Source: an uncultured delta proteobacterium (GTDB taxonomy: Bacteria; Desulfobacterota; Desulfobacteria; Desulfobacterales; B30-G6). Taken from it: a stretch of 64,000 bases of DNA. Shown piece after piece: positions 58,460 through 64,000 of this stretch. The stretch spans positions 288,001 through 352,000 of the forward strand of contig CAWGLD010000004.1 of the NCBI GenBank assembly GCA_963823335.1, given 5' to 3'. The translations under genes and the position numbers were made by a program. Below the pieces are notes generated by a model that was given only the letters and a program-made list of their open reading frames with translations, made no database searches and was not told where the DNA came from. How positions within the stretch are numbered: position 1 is the stretch's first letter; each line of letters opens with the position of its first letter.

Positions 58460-59029
58460 TCACACCATCCAGACAACACACCTTTCGCCTCTCCTCTTTG
58501 GAAATTCCACGGCTTTCAACCCCACACTTTCGGCAATTTGAATCATTTTTTCAAAGGCGGTCTGACTGACGTGCATTTTCGGCTCTACAACAAGCATTTT
58601 CCCTCCGTCTTTAAGCAGGTTTTTCAACTCGCCCAGCGTCTTGGTCTTGTCCGGGATCTCATGAATCATGTAATAGGCCAGAATAAAGTCTGCTGTCTGG
58701 TTCAGCCCGATATGGTCGGACTCAGCGGTATGATAAACGATCCTTTCCTCCAGCCTGTGCTTTTGTGCCTTTTTCCGAACGCGTTCGAGCATCTTGACCT
58801 GGATATCCACGGCAATCACCCTCCCCCCAGGTCCCACCATTTTGGCCATGTCGATGGTAAAGTATCCTGGGCCGCATCCCATGTCGATGACCGTGCTGCC
58901 CTCCTGAATATAGGGGGCGACAATTTTACCGGGGGGTTGAATCAAACGCCGGATCCAGTTGTCCAGGATAAAGGCAATTTGATGGGGACAGACATGGGAG
59001 TTTGGTTTTGTAACGCTGTTGCTTATCAT
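58460..59029 (-). CDS. Class I SAM-dependent methyltransferase
   Basis: HVCP, IDMGCGPG, AVDIQ..ML, HEIPD, VVEP. Confidence 0.92.
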   Translation of the reverse strand: MISNSVTKPNSHVCPHQIAFILDNWIRRLIQPPGKIVAPYIQEGSTVIDMGCGPGYFTIDMAKMVGPGGRVIAVDIQVKMLERVRKKAQKHRLEERIVYHTAESDHIGLNQTADFILAYYMIHEIPDKTKTLGELKNLLKDGGKMLVVEPKMHVSQTAFEKMIQIAESVGLKAVEFPKRRGERCVVWMV

Positions 59030-59231
59030 AATACGTTTCTCTCAGGGATTAATTACCACCCGTGGCACTGTATGTTGGGGTATTTTGCCAGCAGTGCACC
59101 TCGGGCATCCTGAATCAGTTGAATGGTGACACCTCCTCAAGGAATCAGCGTTCGTGTGTTTTCACCACGGAAAAGAGTGCAAAGCTTCTTTTTACAGGAA
59201 ATAATAGCCACTGCAAAGCATCCCGTCAATC

Positions 59232-60575
59232 TCAAACATCGGCAACCAGATTCTTTAACCGTGCCAGCGTCTCCCACGAAAAGGTGTCTTTTTGGCATGG
59301 CAAGATGGCATTGTTGGTGAAGATGGGGTCCGATGCCAAATCATAGCGTGAGGATGCAACGGCTTCTTTCCAAAGAGCGGTGTGGGGGATGGGGGTATAA
59401 TATGCCATGATGGGCAGTACGCCCGCTGATTTGACCGCCTGGATGGTGTCAACGACATCTGAAATCGATTGTCCCGGAAGACCCACAAGGATATATGCGC
59501 CGATCTGGCTTTTATGAAAACCTGCTTCTTTAAATGCTTGGATACATCTAAAAAACTCTCCTTTTGTAATTTTTTTGTCCAGGTGGCCCCGCTCTTCGAA
59601 TGCGGTCGTTTCAACACCCAGGCGTATGGATTCAAATCCGGAAGCATACATCAAACCGGCAATCTCCGGGGTGACTTCCCGAACATGCAGGGCATTGGGT
59701 GTGTGAAATCGACTATCAAGACCGGCTGCCACGATACCCTCCAGAATCGGGATAATATGATTTTCGGCATTTACCAGGAGTGCATCGTCGTAAAATGCAA
59801 AGTCCACTACACCGTGTGTCCGGTGCCAGTACCGGATCTCCTCCACCACCGCTTCAGGGCTTCGCCGCATAGGCTCTGGATTTAAATAGTGGGAAGCGCA
59901 GTAGGTGCACGCAAACGGGCATCCCCTGGAGGTGAGAATCGGTACATAGGGAATCCAATGTTGGAGGTCAAAGGCGGGATAGGGATAGGTATCGAGGTCT
60001 TGGGGATCGAAGCCGCACGTCAGAGCCACCCCCGTATGCTCTGCCACCAGATCGAGCACCCTGCCCTCGCCCGGTCCTGTCACGACGAGATCGGCGCCAC
60101 TCTGTTTTCTTGCATGCTCCCGGCAGAGGCTGGCATAGATTCCTCCCAGCACAATAGGTGTGTCTGGAAACGTCTCCCTGATCTGATGAATCGTTTCCTG
60201 AACGCCTGGATACCAGTAGGTCATCAGGGACGTCACCATCACGACATCGGGTTGCGGTACGTTGGACAGATCCTCTTGAAACCATTCCAGCGGTATCCCG
60301 TAGCGCGAAAAATACCGCGGCACATCTTCCAGTCCGGCAGGTCGAGGGATTCTGGTTTTCAGATATGCACCGCGGCCCGGTTTTTTTGGGGATACGGGTG
60401 ATTCAGATCTGGGGTGGAAGCGGTCCAGACAGTCTATATAGGAAATCCTGACGCCATGTGCCCGCAAAATGGCTGCCAACTGCAGCAGGCCCATGGGTCT
60501 GGCCCAGAAATCATACGCTGCAAAATCATGAATCCATGGATTGACAAGCAGGAGGTGGGGATGGTCTTTTTGCAA
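59232..60575 (-). CDS. B12-binding domain radical SAM protein
   Basis: NPWIHDFAAYDFW, TSLMTYWY, LGGIYA, SRGCPFACTYC, FYDD, HTPN. Confidence 0.92.
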   Translation of the reverse strand: MQKDHPHLLLVNPWIHDFAAYDFWARPMGLLQLAAILRAHGVRISYIDCLDRFHPRSESPVSPKKPGRGAYLKTRIPRPAGLEDVPRYFSRYGIPLEWFQEDLSNVPQPDVVMVTSLMTYWYPGVQETIHQIRETFPDTPIVLGGIYASLCREHARKQSGADLVVTGPGEGRVLDLVAEHTGVALTCGFDPQDLDTYPYPAFDLQHWIPYVPILTSRGCPFACTYCASHYLNPEPMRRSPEAVVEEIRYWHRTHGVVDFAFYDDALLVNAENHIIPILEGIVAAGLDSRFHTPNALHVREVTPEIAGLMYASGFESIRLGVETTAFEERGHLDKKITKGEFFRCIQAFKEAGFHKSQIGAYILVGLPGQSISDVVDTIQAVKSAGVLPIMAYYTPIPHTALWKEAVASSRYDLASDPIFTNNAILPCQKDTFSWETLARLKNLVADV

Positions 60576-60607
60576 ATCTATTTCATCTTAAGGCATCGGA
60601 GCCTGTT

Positions 60608-61087
60608 TTATTCATCATCATCCGCAAAGTACGCCATGGACGTTTTTTTCAACTCTTTGCGGCTGAAAAGGAGGGTATAATCCGTCACATGAGTTTTTTC
60701 CGACATGACGCGCGCAATGGATCGACAGGCAGTCTCGTCATTGGCATGCACCATGGTGTATAGATTATACGGCCAGTTACGGGCAGGGTTTCGGCGATAA
60801 CAGTGGGAAACTTCCGTGAAAGCGGCAAAGATCTCTCCGACCTCCTCCATACGTTGCTCATCCACATTCCAGGCCACCATGGCATTGGCTTTGAATCCCG
60901 AACGCTGGTGGCGGATGGTGGCGCCAAATCTTCGAATGACACCCCTGTCACAAAGATCTTCGAGCGTCTTCAGCACCAGAGCTTCTGGAACATCCAGCAT
61001 GGTGGCGATCTCATTGTAGGGGTGCGACGACACCGGCAAATCTCCCTGAACCGATGCAATCACCTGTTTTTCCAAATCTGTCAGCAT
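60608..61087 (-). CDS. ahbB: Siroheme decarboxylase beta subunit (Lrp/AsnC-like AhbB/NirH family)
   Basis: QGDLP, GVIRRFGA..RH..SGF.ANAMVAW, VSHCY.R, WPYNLYTMVH, ELKKTSM. Confidence 0.88.
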   Translation of the reverse strand: MLTDLEKQVIASVQGDLPVSSHPYNEIATMLDVPEALVLKTLEDLCDRGVIRRFGATIRHQRSGFKANAMVAWNVDEQRMEEVGEIFAAFTEVSHCYRRNPARNWPYNLYTMVHANDETACRSIARVMSEKTHVTDYTLLFSRKELKKTSMAYFADDDE

Positions 61088-61197
61088 GGCGGAGTATAAA
61101 GGACAGGCGGGAATAAAAGTCAAGCAATAATAAAATCGCGGTGCGATTTTATAAAACGCGTCTTGGCCGCTCTAACTTAGCTGTCCTGACCGATACT

Positions 61198-61278
61198 TGA
61201 ACCGAAAAAGCGAGCGCATTCCCCGTAGGTTCTGCCGTTCGGCAGAACATTCCTCGTAGCTTGCTGCGAGGTTCTTTA
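61198..61278 (-). repeat. TGAA...TTCA REP/MITE-like family copy
   Basis: tgaaccgaaaaagcgagcgcattccccgtag...gtagcttgctgcgaggttctt. Confidence 0.85.
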
Positions 61279-61380
61279 ATTGAGTAAGGATTTGTTTTCC
61301 AAAACGCGTAAAAGACAGCAGGGTATAGATCAGCGGCATGAAGGATTGAAAACTGAGATCTGTCTATACGCCACCCCCTT

Positions 61381-62055
61381 TTATTTAGAATTTTCCATTT
61401 CATATCGGTTTTTTAAGTTCAATATTGTTTTTTGTTCCCAATGTGCAGTGTATGACAAAAAATCCTTCATACCCCCCTTCCAGGGATAGGCGGTCCAGAG
61501 AGAAGCACCCAAAAAGTCGAAATAAGCCATCTGGGTAACCCGCGTTCCTTCTGGTACAGACTCCAGCTTTATGTGCCCATAATGGTATTTTTGCCTGCAT
61601 TGTTCTGGATTCAGGAGAACAAAATCCAACCGTTGCGTCTCCGTGAAAACAGTGGTCTGCCACTTGAAATATACGTCCGGACTATTGGTATATTTGTTTT
61701 CAGTAATGACCGTATCGCCATTTTGGGAAATGAAATTGTGCTCTCGAATATATTTGTTAGTTACTAAGAAATCATTGTCAAAATCCGTTTTGAACTTCCA
61801 GTAAAAATCGATGGGAGCCTTGACAAAATAGACAAGTTTATACGCTTTGCCCCCTCTTTTGTCTGGCGCTATTTGATAAATGAATACTTCTTCGTCCGAT
61901 GATCTTTTCTGTTCGTTTTGCGCACCTATCGAGTAGGAAATCGAGAAATCAAAAAACAAGTGTGTTACCCAAATTATTACTGGTAAAATGATAAATAAAC
62001 GTCGGGTCAAGTGTATTAAAAATGGTTTCATGCAACGCATCGTTATTCCTGACAA
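61381..62055 (-). CDS. Hypothetical exported protein (possibly SRPBCC/START-like fold); start uncertain
   Basis: Long AT-rich ORF with N-terminal hydrophobic segment; V.AP...YW, GTRVTQ. Confidence 0.7.
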   Translation of the reverse strand: MSGITMRCMKPFLIHLTRRLFIILPVIIWVTHLFFDFSISYSIGAQNEQKRSSDEEVFIYQIAPDKRGGKAYKLVYFVKAPIDFYWKFKTDFDNDFLVTNKYIREHNFISQNGDTVITENKYTNSPDVYFKWQTTVFTETQRLDFVLLNPEQCRQKYHYGHIKLESVPEGTRVTQMAYFDFLGASLWTAYPWKGGMKDFLSYTAHWEQKTILNLKNRYEMENSK

Positions 62056-62158
62056 GGCCTATCCACTGAAATATTCCCGTTTCTAAAAACTTTGATTCTG
62101 ACAAATCCAAAATCCGAATATCGAAATACGAAACAAATTGAAGAATCTCGGAGCGATT

Positions 62159-63262
62159 TTATCGATGCTCTGGGAACAACCTCAATATATCCGCCTCGTC
62201 AGCCTTGCAGACGCCCCTCTCCGTTATAAGCCCGGAAACGAGTCTTGCCGGGGTTACGTCAAATGCAGGGTTGGCCGCTGGGCTGTCAGAAGGGGCAATC
62301 AGGACCTTCCTGGAGGACCCCGCATGATCTCCCTGGACATACCGGACTTCGTCCGGGTCTCTTTCTTCGATGGGAATATCCTTCAAGCCATTGGATGCCT
62401 GCCAGTCAAAGGTGCTGGATGGCAAAGCCACGTAAAAAGGTATCTCATTGTCTTTGGCGGCCAGGGCTTTTAGATAGGTTCCGATCTTGTTGGCCACATC
62501 TCCGGTCCGGGTGGTTCGGTCGGTACCCACAATTACCATGTCCACCATCCCATGCTGCATGAGATGACCACCGGCGTTGTCTGTCACGACAGTGTGTCTG
62601 ACGCCGTGTTTTCCCAGTTCCCATGCCGTAAGTCTGGCACCCTGGTTCAAGGGGCGCGTCTCATCGACCCAGACATGCACATCAATTCCCTTGTCAAAGG
62701 CCGCGTAGATGGGGGCGGTTGCCGTGCCGTATTCGACACATGCCAGCCAGCCGGCATTGCAATGCGTGAGGACATGCACCGTATCACCGTTTTTTGCCTC
62801 GCTGACGGCCTTGATCAGCCTCAGACCCGCTTCACCGATCTGCCGACAGTTCTCCGCTTCCTGTTCAGTGATGCGCGCGGCTGCCGCTTTGGCTGTCGCT
62901 GTTTTATCTGCCATGGTCTTTTTTTGGGCCACTTCCGTCAAAACCTTGTCAATGGCCCAGGAAAGATTGACTGCCGTGGGTCTGGCTGATTTGATCCGAT
63001 CACATTCTTTCAAAAAAAAGGCTTCATCACCTGAAGACACCCTTGTATTCAAGGCAGCCACATAAACACCGTATGCACCTGTGGCTCCGATGAGGGGCGC
63101 CCCCCGGACATACATATCCTGGATGGCGGTGATCACTTTGTCCACTGTTGTGAGTTCTGTGATGACCAGCCTGTGGGGCAGTTGTCGCTGATCGATGACC
63201 TTTACCGTTTGGCAGGTCTCATCCAGCCAGATAGGCCGCATCTGTCTGCCGTCTACTTTCAT
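62159..63262 (-). CDS. mtnA: S-methyl-5-thioribose-1-phosphate isomerase
   Basis: IDQRQLP, VRGAP.IG, ARPTAVNL, LTHCNAG, DETRP.NQG.RLT, NKIGT, NPAFDVTP. Confidence 0.96.
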   Translation of the reverse strand: MKVDGRQMRPIWLDETCQTVKVIDQRQLPHRLVITELTTVDKVITAIQDMYVRGAPLIGATGAYGVYVAALNTRVSSGDEAFFLKECDRIKSARPTAVNLSWAIDKVLTEVAQKKTMADKTATAKAAAARITEQEAENCRQIGEAGLRLIKAVSEAKNGDTVHVLTHCNAGWLACVEYGTATAPIYAAFDKGIDVHVWVDETRPLNQGARLTAWELGKHGVRHTVVTDNAGGHLMQHGMVDMVIVGTDRTTRTGDVANKIGTYLKALAAKDNEIPFYVALPSSTFDWQASNGLKDIPIEERDPDEVRYVQGDHAGSSRKVLIAPSDSPAANPAFDVTPARLVSGLITERGVCKADEADILRLFPEHR

Positions 63263-63792
63263 GCCTTCACCACCGTAAAGCCCTGAGGTTGCAGCCCAGT
63301 AGACGATGGGGTCCCGGCAATCTTGGATAGATACACGTCACCCAGTTTGTCGATGTGTTCCTTAACATTGTCAAAATAATTAAAATGTGCCTGCTCGTCA
63401 TCAATAATCTCCTCAAAAAGCTTCATGCTGATACTGTCACCATTTTCTCTGCAAACCAGAAGAAACTGATTGTAAGCATCTATGGCGTCGTCCTCTTGAG
63501 CGGTGTCGTGTTTGAAGATGATCTCCACGGCCTGGCCTTTAACCACAGGACCAGCGCTTTCGCTCGTTGGTTCCCCTCCGAGCTCCTTGATACGTTCAGC
63601 AAACATCTCGGAATGTCTCATTTCATCTAGAGCGATCAGCTTTAAATTGGCAGCCATTTCACCATAATCCATATCATCCAGGTTGTAATGCTGATTCATA
63701 TACTGATGTATTGCCTGGAGCTCCATGGCTCTTGCTTTGTTTAAAACTTCGACAACCTTTGCCCTTCTCTTTTCCTTACTGGTCTTGTTCAT
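63259..63792 (-). CDS. bfr: Bacterioferritin
   Basis: ELQAIHQY..QH, DEMRH, ERI.ELGG.P, E..AI..YN, DEQAH; AGGAGG RBS. Confidence 0.92.
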   Translation of the reverse strand: MNKTSKEKRRAKVVEVLNKARAMELQAIHQYMNQHYNLDDMDYGEMAANLKLIALDEMRHSEMFAERIKELGGEPTSESAGPVVKGQAVEIIFKHDTAQEDDAIDAYNQFLLVCRENGDSISMKLFEEIIDDEQAHFNYFDNVKEHIDKLGDVYLSKIAGTPSSTGLQPQGFTVVKA

Positions 63793-63819
63793 TAAATACC
63801 TCCTTTCATTAAAACACCC

Positions 63820-64000
63820 CTAACGATCTTGCAGGCCGGGTCGCTTATCAAACCAGGGCTTTTCCTCTTCCAACTGTCTGGCCAAACGAAATAGTGTTGC
63901 TTCATCCCCCATGGGTGCCATGAACTGCATACCGCAGGGAAGACCATCCGATGTCCATTGCAGGGGCACAGACATGGCCGGCTGACCCGTAAAATTGGCC
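63820..64000 (-). CDS. Amidase family protein, C-terminal end (partial)
   Basis: Manual translation [49 protein letters not shown]. Confidence 0.9.
   Translation of the reverse strand, partial: ANFTGQPAMSVPLQWTSDGLPCGMQFMAPMGDEATLFRLARQLEEEKPWFDKRPGLQDR

Overview
A 64 kb stretch of chromosome from an anaerobic Gram-negative bacterium, most likely a sulfate-reducer-type Desulfobacterota (inferred from the AOR, AhbB, DUF3786, bacterioferritin and PPDK gene content). It is mostly housekeeping and metabolic genes (polA, priA, gltA, upp, queF, dusB, ppdK, mtnA, a CbiM/Q/O-type Ni/Co ECF transporter). I saw no rRNA, tRNA, CRISPR array, transposase or phage gene. The unusual signal is intergenic. 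(1) Many spacers carry degenerate 6-9 nt tandem-repeat tracts, often arranged as inverted pairs or as a conserved multi-module mosaic. One inverted hexamer pair encloses a four-helix-bundle (IVS/Avd-like) gene, suggesting a repeat-flanked element with many empty derivatives. (2) There are about 12 copies of a TGAA...TTCA-bounded REP/MITE-like family. (3) There are several long hairpin elements, two of which show compensatory base changes. The window also holds a probable selenoprotein (DUF1573-like, in-frame UGA in a U-G-C motif) split by the ORF track, two deletion scars (truncated TctC; a collapsed AEC-type transporter), a likely catalytically dead histidine kinase, a plant-HPR1-like dehydrogenase, and small proteins missed by the ORF track. 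Family calls are from motif recognition, not database searches.
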